Assembly (NCBI GenBank): GCA_965262425.1 | Contig: OZ253536.1 | Location: forward strand, 3,463,744 to 3,527,743 | Source of the DNA: Terriglobia bacterium | GTDB lineage: Bacteria > Acidobacteriota > Terriglobia > 20CM-2-55-15 | DNA: 64,000 nt | Direction: 5' to 3' | Shown here: in pieces, positions 27,804 through 36,184 of the stretch | Layout of the letters: each line of letters opens with the position of its first letter | Position numbering within the stretch: the stretch's first letter is position 1 | Made by a program: the position numbers and the translations under genes | The notes under the pieces: generated by a model | What the model saw: only the letters and a program-made list of their open reading frames with translations | What the model was told of the DNA's origin: nothing | Databases searched by the model: none

Positions 27804-30380
27804 TCACCGGGATTTCCGTCCTGCCAGAGCATCCAGGAACGGCGCAATGTCCTGACGGTCGGTCAGGACGGGCGCAAACAAGTCTCCGACGCGTTTCAGC
27901 CGTCGTTTCATGTTCTTGATATTGAATTTTCGAGGGTCGATCGATCGCCGGAGTTCCTCCCAGCGCAAGGGGGCTGAAACCGGAGCGCCGGGCCGGGCAC
28001 GCGGCGAATAAACCGAGGCGACGGTCTTGCCTTTGACGTTCTGGAGGTAATCGATGTAGATGTTCTTCGGTCTTCGGGCCACAACACGCTCGATGGTGGC
28101 CCATTCGGGCACACGCGACACGATGATCGAAGCAATGGCCTCGGCAAAGATCCGGACATCCTGGTATGTAAACGTGTCCTCCAGGATCGGCAGGTAGATG
28201 TGGATGCCGCTCGCACCGGAGGTCTTCGGGTACCCCCTGAGATTGAGTTCGTCCAAGACTTTTTTCAATTCCAGCGCCACTTTCTGCACCATTCGATACG
28301 GGGCCTCGACAGGGTCCAGGTCGAAGATGATGTAGTCGGGATGATCGATGTGGCCAAGCCGGGAACTCCAGGGATTCTGTGTGATGCCGCCCATGTTGGC
28401 GAGATAGACCAGCATCTCTCGATCGGCGCCAATGAAGTACCTTGAGTGCTTTTCGCCTGTTTCGCCGGGGAACCGGTGGGTCCGAAGCCAGTCCGGCGTG
28501 TAGTCGGGAGCATCCTGCTGGTAGAAATAATCTCCGTGGATTCCGTCCGGGTACCGCTTGAGAACTAACGGTCGGTCCATCAGGTAGGGTCCGAGGACAT
28601 CGGCGATTTCATCGTAATAGCGAATCAAATCCCCCTTGGTAAAACCGTCTTCCGGCCAGAAGGTTTTCGTGAGGTTGGTGAGCTTGACGCGAGTCTGTGA
28701 ATCCGGCTCGCCGGCACTGCCCGGTTCAGGTTCCGGCGATGGCTTCGGTGGCAATTCAACGACCGCCTCCGGTTCTTCCCTGAGAACACAATCTCCCGGA
28801 TCGACGTCATCCCTGAACCGCTGGAATATCGGAGCCCGCAACTTACCATCGAGGGTCCACTCGTTGAACTTGACCTCACAGACCAGTTTGGGTTGAACCC
28901 AGTTCGTTTTGGACAATTCCCTGGGGATGTCCGTCAACGGGGCCCGTTTCCTCGTCAGGGGCATGAGCATCTCGTGCGCCTGTCGAAGGCCGTTATCGTC
29001 GAAGCCGCTTCCGGCTCGTCCGACATATACAATCTGGCCGGAATGGTCGTAGAGGCCCAAAACCAGTGCTCCAAAAAATTTTCTCGTGGCCGCCGGAGCT
29101 GTGAACCCGATCACGACAAAATCCTCACTGCGCGTTGTCTTGATCTTCAACCACAGACGTGAACGTCGTTGATGATAAGTGCTGTCTTTCCGCTTCGCGA
29201 CGACACCCTCGAGATCATGTTCCGCGGCCACACGGAAAAATTCCTGCCCCTGGCCTTCGACGTGATCCGAATAGCGAATCCATCCCTCGTTGCTGGGAAT
29301 CAATTTCCGGAGTACCGATTTGCGGTCCAGGACCGGGAATTCCCTCAGGCTATAGCCGTTGATGTAGAGCAGATCGAAAGCATAGAGGAAGACCGGTATC
29401 GCCCGTTCGGCCTTCTCGATGTCGGACTCTTGCGACAGATTAATCCGGGGTTGAATCAGGCTGAATCTGGAACGTCCCTCTTCATCGAAGGCCACAATTT
29501 CCCCGTCCAGAACGACCGTGTCGGCCGGGACGGTTTGAAGCGCGCGAACAAGACCGGGGAATCGTCGTGTTAACGATCGCTGGTTGCGGCTCAGCAACTC
29601 GACCCGGTCGCCGTCCTTGATGGCGATCGCACGGATACCATCCAGCTTGAGCTCGAAAATCCAATCGTCATCGTCGAACGGCTGCTCGGATAGCGTGGCG
29701 AGCATGGGTAAAATTTCTCGAGGAATCTTGGTGCGACGCTTCTTCTTGATCCCCCTGGCCTCCAGTTCGCGCTCGACGTCGGCATGCCAGTGCCGTGCAC
29801 TGGCTCCACCGTCGCCGATCTGTTCAACCGTGCGGCCGGACACGACCGACTCGGGGCGGTCCACGGTCACGTCAGATTCCGAAGCGGCAGAATCGCGCAC
29901 CTTGAAGAAAATCCATTGGCGTTCCTCTCTGCGAGTACGAACCAGCACCCACTCGCCGGCCAACTTCCTCCCCTTCAATATGAAATGAAACTTCCCCTTC
30001 TTCCAGCCTGCTTCGGACGTGGCAGGATCGACCATTTCATAGGTCCCGTGGTCCCAGACGATTACCTTTCCGGCGCCATAGTTCCCTTTGGGAATAACGC
30101 CCTCGAACCCACCATAGTCGACGGGGTGGTCTTCGGTTTGAACGGCAAGTCGCTTCTCGGCAGGATCCAGCGATGGACCCTTGGGGACTGCCCAGGAACG
30201 GAGTACCCCTTCCATTTTCAGGCGCAGGTCGTAATGGAGTCGCGTCGCGTGGTGTTTCTGAATGACGAAAGAGTTGCCGCTCGGTCGTTTCAGATCGCCG
30301 ACCGGCTCGGGGGTCCGGTCGAATTGCCGTTTCTTGTGGTATTCGTTAAGGCCCATCGTGCCAATGCCATTTGGGTTCAC
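27804..30380 (-). CDS. ligD: Multidomain ATP-dependent DNA ligase LigD (3'-phosphoesterase - ligase - polymerase/primase order)
   Basis: PE domain HATRLHYDLRLKMEGVLRSWAVPKGPSLDP. Ligase adenylation motif ELKLDGIRAI. C-terminal LigD-Pol/primase domain. 858 aa. Confidence 0.85.
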   Translation of the reverse strand: MNPNGIGTMGLNEYHKKRQFDRTPEPVGDLKRPSGNSFVIQKHHATRLHYDLRLKMEGVLRSWAVPKGPSLDPAEKRLAVQTEDHPVDYGGFEGVIPKGNYGAGKVIVWDHGTYEMVDPATSEAGWKKGKFHFILKGRKLAGEWVLVRTRREERQWIFFKVRDSAASESDVTVDRPESVVSGRTVEQIGDGGASARHWHADVERELEARGIKKKRRTKIPREILPMLATLSEQPFDDDDWIFELKLDGIRAIAIKDGDRVELLSRNQRSLTRRFPGLVRALQTVPADTVVLDGEIVAFDEEGRSRFSLIQPRINLSQESDIEKAERAIPVFLYAFDLLYINGYSLREFPVLDRKSVLRKLIPSNEGWIRYSDHVEGQGQEFFRVAAEHDLEGVVAKRKDSTYHQRRSRLWLKIKTTRSEDFVVIGFTAPAATRKFFGALVLGLYDHSGQIVYVGRAGSGFDDNGLRQAHEMLMPLTRKRAPLTDIPRELSKTNWVQPKLVCEVKFNEWTLDGKLRAPIFQRFRDDVDPGDCVLREEPEAVVELPPKPSPEPEPGSAGEPDSQTRVKLTNLTKTFWPEDGFTKGDLIRYYDEIADVLGPYLMDRPLVLKRYPDGIHGDYFYQQDAPDYTPDWLRTHRFPGETGEKHSRYFIGADREMLVYLANMGGITQNPWSSRLGHIDHPDYIIFDLDPVEAPYRMVQKVALELKKVLDELNLRGYPKTSGASGIHIYLPILEDTFTYQDVRIFAEAIASIIVSRVPEWATIERVVARRPKNIYIDYLQNVKGKTVASVYSPRARPGAPVSAPLRWEELRRSIDPRKFNIKNMKRRLKRVGDLFAPVLTDRQDIAPFLDALAGRKSR

Positions 30381-30424
30381 CCGTCCACATAAGGAGGGCG
30401 ACCGGCTACTGTATACTACGTGCC

Positions 30425-30694
30425 ATGGGTAAGCTGAGGATCAAAAAGAAAGAGGCGGTCCTTCCGTTTCGCCAGACCGTTGCATACAGATTCATTATCC
30501 TGGCTGTCGTCTTCGTCGTGTTTCTGTTTGCCGCCTACCAGATGGTTTCAGCCCTCCTGGTCGGAAACACGACCAATTTCATCATCGCCGCGGTCCTTGC
30601 CGTGACGACCGCCGTAACCGCCTACTTCAACCTGGAACGTATGAAGGAGGCGAAGGTTCCGAAGAAAACACTGCAACGGATGAAGCGGCGATGA
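30425..30694 (+). CDS. Small two-TM membrane protein, basic termini
   Basis: MGKLRIKKKE...FIILAVVFVVFLFAAYQMVSALLVG..IIAAVLAVTTAVTAYFNLERMKEAKVPKK. ATG 30425 in the 30371 ORF. Confidence 0.4.
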   Translation: MGKLRIKKKEAVLPFRQTVAYRFIILAVVFVVFLFAAYQMVSALLVGNTTNFIIAAVLAVTTAVTAYFNLERMKEAKVPKKTLQRMKRR

Positions 30695-31572
30695 GCCTCG
30701 GCCTGATTGTCCTGCTCACCCTGACTCCCACGCAACAACCGATTCCGCAGATCCTGAACGCAACCGCCGGCGAGTACTCGCTGGAATTCTACGAGGGGCT
30801 CGAAGGCCCGCTGTTTGACCAGGCCCAGCAGCTATACCTTGAAGGTCGGTACGAAGAAGCTTCCGATGCCTTCCTTCGACTCTACGAAACGACGTCCCAC
30901 CCCGTTGCCTTGTTTCTGGCCGGCAACGGCCTGTACAGGCTCGACCGCGTAGACCAGGCGATCGCCCATTACAAGCGTGCCGTTGGTGAAGGTCTCGGGC
31001 TGATGCCCGACGTCCATTACAATCTGGCAAACGCTTACTACGCCAGATACATGAAGGATGAGGCTATCGCGGAGTTCAGAGAGGTATTGGCGTTGACCGA
31101 CGACACCGACGCCATGGCACATTACCACCTGGGAATACTCCTGGACGGAGAGGGTGAACACGCCGAATCCATCGAACACTACAGAAAGACCGTGGAGCTG
31201 ACCAACGACGGGGAGCCGATGGCGCGACAACATCTGGGCGTCGCCCATTTCATGAATGGAGACTACGAAGACTCCGCTCGCGAGTTGGAAATCTATATCG
31301 GGATGGTACCCGACGATCCGGGAGGTTACCTCAACCTTGGAATCGCGCTTCGATACGTCGGCAAGCTCAACCAGGCCGTCGAGCAACTGCAAAGAGCTCT
31401 GATCGAGAGCAAGGATCAACTACCCGCCGCCCACTACCAACTGGCCCTGATCCTCGCCGATCGCAAAGAATACGAACGCTCGCTCGAACATTTCGAAGAC
31501 GCGATCTCACAGGGCCATACCAGCCCGAAAATCCAACAGGAATACGAAGAGGTCAAGCGTAAGGTCCCGTAA
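30691..31572 (+). CDS. TPR-repeat protein with N-terminal signal/TM
   Basis: Multiple 34-aa TPR units (YNLANAYYARYMKDEAIAEFREVLAL ...). 293 aa. Confidence 0.6.
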   Translation: MSLGLIVLLTLTPTQQPIPQILNATAGEYSLEFYEGLEGPLFDQAQQLYLEGRYEEASDAFLRLYETTSHPVALFLAGNGLYRLDRVDQAIAHYKRAVGEGLGLMPDVHYNLANAYYARYMKDEAIAEFREVLALTDDTDAMAHYHLGILLDGEGEHAESIEHYRKTVELTNDGEPMARQHLGVAHFMNGDYEDSARELEIYIGMVPDDPGGYLNLGIALRYVGKLNQAVEQLQRALIESKDQLPAAHYQLALILADRKEYERSLEHFEDAISQGHTSPKIQQEYEEVKRKVP

Positions 31573-31595
31573 TTCCCACTTTGACTTCGATTTCT

Positions 31596-31689
31596 TTCAA
31601 CACAAAGACACGAAGTCAACGAAGGTCGAAGAACAAGACAAGACAATCCTTCTTCGTGCTCTTCGTGCTCTTCGTGTCTTCGTGTTGAA
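31596..31689. repeat. Octamer-repeat palindromic element, copy flanking the 3' end of the GT2 gene
   Basis: ttcaacacaaagacacgaag..(loop)..cttcgtgctcttcgtgctcttcgtgtcttcgtgttgaa. Arms are built of CACGAAGA / TCTTCGTG octamers. Sits between convergent genes. Confidence 0.75.
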
Positions 31690-31707
31690 TCCCCGCTTCC
31701 CCGAGCA

Positions 31708-32877
31708 TCAGTTCTTCTCGGTGGGAACTTGAGACTTGTCGTCGCTCGTCACGACTACCCGGGGCACGACTTGAGTGGAGCGGCCCAGTTCGTAGAGCGT
31801 CAGGATCAACGCCATCGAGTGGGACAGGAACCAGAACGGGGCGAACCAGGCGGCGGCTCCAAGCCGGCGTGAATAGCAGAAATAACTGGTCGCCATCAGG
31901 CTATAGCTGAAAGCGGAAAAGTACAGGATGCCCAGGCTGGAGAAACCCGTCTGGTCTCCGAATATCCCGAACAAAATCCCGACTACTGAAACAATGGAGA
32001 TCACCGAACTGCCGACGACGAAAGCCACGACACGCCCAAAACTCATCGAATCGGTGTCCAGACTGGACATCAAAGAACGGACCGAAGCCTCCCGGGAAAC
32101 CCAACCCGAACCATCTCCCTCGAAAGTTTTGAGGCCCTCCGCCCGGTAGCTCCACAGCGTCCAGCCCGACTCGTTCAAAATGCCAGGCAACCGGTTAATC
32201 CGATTGATGACCGCGTGGGTGTCTCCGTGGAGCAACAGGAAGGGCTCCGTCAGGCTCATACGAGTGGATTTCTCACGTCCCTTATCGACCACCCGGATCA
32301 TGCGCGAAAACCATTCCAGAGAGGGAGCAATCAACTTCTGCAAAAACGAACGACATTCGATTCCCGGTGAAAGTGCTATTGCGGTGATAGCCTCAGCCGC
32401 GGCGAACTCGAGCGCCGATTCGACGGCGAATTTGTTGAGAACGACATCGGTATCGAGAACCAGTAGCCAGGAACCCCGGACAGAGCCTTGTGCCTGGTCC
32501 AGAGCACGAATCCTCTCGGTCTCGCGTTCCAGAGAGAACCGAACCGGGGCCTGACGCACCGGAACATGGGACCGCATGGAACAAAATTCCCGCGCCAGAC
32601 TGACGTGCCGGCCGTCTTCCTCGTTGTAAATCAGCAACAACTCCATAAAGGGATAGGACTGCTCGAGGATCGAATTCAACGTCCGTCGGTTCCCTCCTTC
32701 CTCGCCGCGGAGAGGCAGGAGAACTGAAACGACTCCCCTCGTCCCGTTGGATCGCCTCGCCTCCAGGCGAGACCGGCGAGTCAACGCAAACCAGCTTTCG
32801 AGGAATACGACCAGGGTGACCAGCGCGGAGATCCAGCATACAAACAGCAAGGCATATTGGACCGAGGCGCCAGTCAT
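31708..32877 (-). CDS. Family-2 glycosyltransferase, membrane-anchored (N-terminal TM, C-terminal multi-TM)
   Basis: VSVLLPLRGEEGG..LNSILEQSYP (GT2 N-motif) and a DxD-like LVLDTDV. Hydrophobic C-terminal third. Confidence 0.68.
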   Translation of the reverse strand: MTGASVQYALLFVCWISALVTLVVFLESWFALTRRSRLEARRSNGTRGVVSVLLPLRGEEGGNRRTLNSILEQSYPFMELLLIYNEEDGRHVSLAREFCSMRSHVPVRQAPVRFSLERETERIRALDQAQGSVRGSWLLVLDTDVVLNKFAVESALEFAAAEAITAIALSPGIECRSFLQKLIAPSLEWFSRMIRVVDKGREKSTRMSLTEPFLLLHGDTHAVINRINRLPGILNESGWTLWSYRAEGLKTFEGDGSGWVSREASVRSLMSSLDTDSMSFGRVVAFVVGSSVISIVSVVGILFGIFGDQTGFSSLGILYFSAFSYSLMATSYFCYSRRLGAAAWFAPFWFLSHSMALILTLYELGRSTQVVPRVVVTSDDKSQVPTEKN

Positions 32878-32990
32878 GTAATCTTTCTAAATCCGGAGTC
32901 GGGTCGATGTCAACAAGGAAGGGAGGAGAAAGTCCGAGGTCCAACGTCCAAAGTCAGAGGAATAGGCATCCAGCTTGACGATAGATTTTC

Positions 32991-33067
32991 TTCAACACGA
33001 AGACACGAAGTCAATTAAGTTCGAAGAAACAAGACAAGAAACTCCTTCTTCGTGTCTTCGTGTTGAA
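32991..33067. repeat. Octamer-repeat palindromic element, copy at the 5' side of the GT2 gene, same orientation as 31596 copy
   Basis: ttcaacacgaagacacgaagtcaattaagttcgaagaaacaagacaagaaactccttcttcgtgtcttcgtgttgaa. The loop is ~85% identical to the 31596 copy. Confidence 0.75.
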
Positions 33068-33134
33068 TTGCTTCGTATGGGTTCGCATCGCCGTTCGGGC
33101 CCACGCCGGGACTTTGGACTTTGGACTCAGCGTC

Positions 33135-33761
33135 TTACCGGTAGTAAGGACGGAGGCGGCGGTATAACTCGGCGGTGGCCTTGCAGTCGGCGAGGCAATA
33201 GTGTGCGATCTCGTCCAGTCGACCCTGTTTGAAATACTCACCTACTTTACTGCCGTCGATCCCGTCTTTAGGAGAGGTTACACCGAAAATCTCGCAAAAA
33301 AACTCCAGCGTTCCTTTCTTGTAACGGTCGTAGTTGGTCAAGGTCTCCCGAACGTCAACATGGCGATCCGTCGCAAATCGGCGGGTATCCAGATGGAGAT
33401 CGCGGGGAGCGGGCACGCCCAGGATTGCGCTACGTATGTTGATATAAGGAAAATCGAACGACTTTCCGTTGAAAGTCACAAACCGGCTCGGCCGAATCTG
33501 CACGAGATCGGCCCAGAAATTGGCCAGCAGCTCCCTTTCGTCGCTCTGGCAATATGCCCTTTCGCGATCCAGTTCCATCCAGTAGACACCGATACAGATG
33601 ATCTTGCCGGTGCAGGGGTCCAGGCCGAGGGTATTCAAGACCCGCTCGCGCGCTTCATCGTCGGCGACGTTCAACAGGATCTCGCGGGCACGGGGAGAAA
33701 TGGTCTCGATATCCTGACCGACCGTCTCGATGTCGACGATCAAAGTGGTGTAATTGGCCAT
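33135..33761 (-). CDS. DnaQ/PolB-like 3'-5' exonuclease (DEDDy, RNase-H-like fold)
   Basis: MANYTTLIVDIETVG (exo I), FNGKSFDFPY (exo II), HYCLADCKATAELY (exo III YxxxD). An alternative GTG start at 33842 overlaps the upstream SDR stop. Confidence 0.7.
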   Translation of the reverse strand: MANYTTLIVDIETVGQDIETISPRAREILLNVADDEARERVLNTLGLDPCTGKIICIGVYWMELDRERAYCQSDERELLANFWADLVQIRPSRFVTFNGKSFDFPYINIRSAILGVPAPRDLHLDTRRFATDRHVDVRETLTNYDRYKKGTLEFFCEIFGVTSPKDGIDGSKVGEYFKQGRLDEIAHYCLADCKATAELYRRLRPYYR

Positions 33762-33838
33762 CGATCTGATCCTAGTTGAACGGCGGGACAGATCAGGGGG
33801 GAAGTGGTCCGTGGTCAGTGGAGTACCGATCGGAGCCG

Positions 33839-34582
33839 TCACATACGGGCGGTGAGGCCTCCGTCAACGGTGAGGAGCTGGCCGGTGGTGTAGTTGTCCG
33901 GCTCGAGGAACAGGCCGATGGCACGGGCGACGTCATGAGCACGCCCGAACCTCGTGATGACGTCTTTCTCGATGTATGGATCGTACTTGCCGCTTCCGAC
34001 GCTCTTCTCGGCCATCCCGGAAGTGGTCACGCCGGGGGCCACGACGTTCACTCGCACGCGATCGGCGCCACCCCATTGTTTGGCCAGAATCCGGGCCGTA
34101 TGGACGAGGGCGGCCTTGGGAGCCGCATAGGCGGTGCTACCGGGAAAGACGGCAACGGCCTGCATCGTGGAAACGAAGACGATACTGGCGTCGTTTCCTT
34201 TCACCGCTGCGGCAAAGTCACGGGCGAGAAGGACAGGGCCCACAAAGTTGATGCGCGTGGAAGCCAGCAGGTCGTCCGCTGTCGCGACCTCGATCGGAAC
34301 CCGTGCAGGTTCTCCGACGAGTGGAACCAGTCCATAGAGGTCTCCCACCCCTCGGGCTGTCTCTATCAGTTCAATTCTGGTCTTCTCTTCGAGGACATCA
34401 CCCACGACAACGGTGACCGAAACACCGTATTTCCGCTGGAGATCGGCAGCCAGGGTTCGTGCCCGATCCGGATTACGGTAACACCCTATGACCGGCACAC
34501 CGCCACGGGCGGCGACCAACTCAGCAACCGCGGAACCCAACCCACCCGACCCACCGGACAAAATGACACTCTTACCTTGCAT
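33839..34582 (-). CDS. Short-chain dehydrogenase/reductase (classical SDR)
   Basis: SGGSGGLGSAVA (TGxxxGxG-like), catalytic YAAPK, and PGVTTSGM. Confidence 0.8.
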   Translation of the reverse strand: MQGKSVILSGGSGGLGSAVAELVAARGGVPVIGCYRNPDRARTLAADLQRKYGVSVTVVVGDVLEEKTRIELIETARGVGDLYGLVPLVGEPARVPIEVATADDLLASTRINFVGPVLLARDFAAAVKGNDASIVFVSTMQAVAVFPGSTAYAAPKAALVHTARILAKQWGGADRVRVNVVAPGVTTSGMAEKSVGSGKYDPYIEKDVITRFGRAHDVARAIGLFLEPDNYTTGQLLTVDGGLTARM

Positions 34583-36115
34583 TTACCGTCTCATCAACAC
34601 CGAATCCACATACCGCGGATCGATCTTCTGTCCAACCAACGGTTCCAACTCCGCACGCAACTCCTCGATCCAGCTCGTTCGAAACGGTTCAAGTTCCTCG
34701 GGCAAGGCGATTTCAGGAAATTCCACGCCTCCATCGAGAAAGCCCTCCAGTTCTCCGGCTTCGAGTGGCACCGGTTCGAATTTGCCGGATACGGACTGCC
34801 TCACAAGGGCCGTGTTGAAGGTCTTGCGCAAGGTCGTCTCAGACGACGCAAAAAGCCGCAAGAAGCCCTCGGCCATCGTTCGTATGTCCTCAAGGCGGCT
34901 CCTGGCGCTCCGGATATCGGAAAGGCTCTGGAAATTCCGATACGCTCCACTCTCCCACAGGAGGGGTTTGAAACGTTTGACACCGTCGACGAACTCCCGG
35001 TCGGGGCTCTCTAGAAGTTCCGTCGTAAAAGCAGGAAACCGTGACATTTGCTCCGCCTGATCACGCAGTCGCCGAAGCTGGTTGAAGCCGGACTTGAAGA
35101 CGGTCCCGACGTGATGAGTCTTGAGAACTCGAGGAGGGGCCGCGGGGTCGTCACCGGACAAATGCTGAAGACCGATTGTCAGAAAGTCCCGCATCTCCTC
35201 CAATGCCGGCCTGACGCTCTCTACTTCTCCCAGATTGACGAGATTGGCCGACAGGATTCGATTGCCGAGGGCTGTCAGTTCGTCAGCCAGACGTTCGGAA
35301 TCCTGCTCCCGCACGCGCCCCAGCGCATCGAGAAGAAACTCTCCTCCCCTGAGGGACTCCGCAAAAACACTTGGCAATGGCTGCGGCGGCTCCTCGCCCG
35401 GAATCGGGTCCGTCGCCTGATCGTCTTCTCTGGGCACCGCCGGCGTCTCGGTGATCTCGGGATCGGCGTAGATGGACAATGCCTCGTAATAATCGACGAA
35501 CCCGTGAATATCGAGTCGCCGGGTCTTGTTCTCGTAAGCTGTCTCTTCCAGATCTGTTCGAGTCGAATAGCGCACTTTCCGCAGCATGACGAAACCGAGA
35601 TCCGGATCGAACTTGAACAGGGCATCCAGGATGAGACCTGCGATAGTCGAGGCGTGGTCCGATCTTATCAGGCGCGCAGCGAAACGATTATCGGGAGAGT
35701 AGATTAGTTGGGTCGCGGGCGGCGGTTCGTCACGCTCGATTTCGAAGACCTCAATCGAGTCTTTCAGGAACAGCGCGACAACGAATTCATCGACCCCACC
35801 TAATGCCTGGACAGTTTCTTCGGGCCCGACCTGGGCGAACGCGGACACCCATTCCATGAAGGGCCTGGGAACAAACGTGTCCTTCCGCCAACAGTCCAGA
35901 TCAATAAAGCCCCGGACCTGGCGTGGGGTAACCATCGGCAGCAAACCGAGAGCATCTGCTAATCCAAGGATCTTCACGGTAAAGAAGATCTGCTCGAACG
36001 AGGAACCGTGGACAATGGACTCGGCATCGGGGCGGGCCAGGAACTCCTCCAGCCCTTCCCTGTCCTGTATGCGAAGGGTCGCACCTATGAGCGGGTTGAG
36101 GACATCGTCCGGCAT
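34583..36115 (-). CDS. Hypothetical 510-aa protein of unknown function, first gene of a 3-gene operon
   Basis: Long ORF with uniform coding composition. Its stop abuts the SDR start codon directly. No motif I can assign. Confidence 0.5.
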   Translation of the reverse strand: MPDDVLNPLIGATLRIQDREGLEEFLARPDAESIVHGSSFEQIFFTVKILGLADALGLLPMVTPRQVRGFIDLDCWRKDTFVPRPFMEWVSAFAQVGPEETVQALGGVDEFVVALFLKDSIEVFEIERDEPPPATQLIYSPDNRFAARLIRSDHASTIAGLILDALFKFDPDLGFVMLRKVRYSTRTDLEETAYENKTRRLDIHGFVDYYEALSIYADPEITETPAVPREDDQATDPIPGEEPPQPLPSVFAESLRGGEFLLDALGRVREQDSERLADELTALGNRILSANLVNLGEVESVRPALEEMRDFLTIGLQHLSGDDPAAPPRVLKTHHVGTVFKSGFNQLRRLRDQAEQMSRFPAFTTELLESPDREFVDGVKRFKPLLWESGAYRNFQSLSDIRSARSRLEDIRTMAEGFLRLFASSETTLRKTFNTALVRQSVSGKFEPVPLEAGELEGFLDGGVEFPEIALPEELEPFRTSWIEELRAELEPLVGQKIDPRYVDSVLMRR

Positions 36116-36184
36116 TACCTCAATGTAACACGATGTTCGTGAGGGTTCGGCGCAGGCATCGCGAGTTGACTATAATGGGCACTT

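Noticed and set aside
30371-30694. Candidate Ku next to LigD
   Set aside because: The ORF is a 90-aa two-TM membrane protein, not a Ku beta-barrel (about 270 aa).
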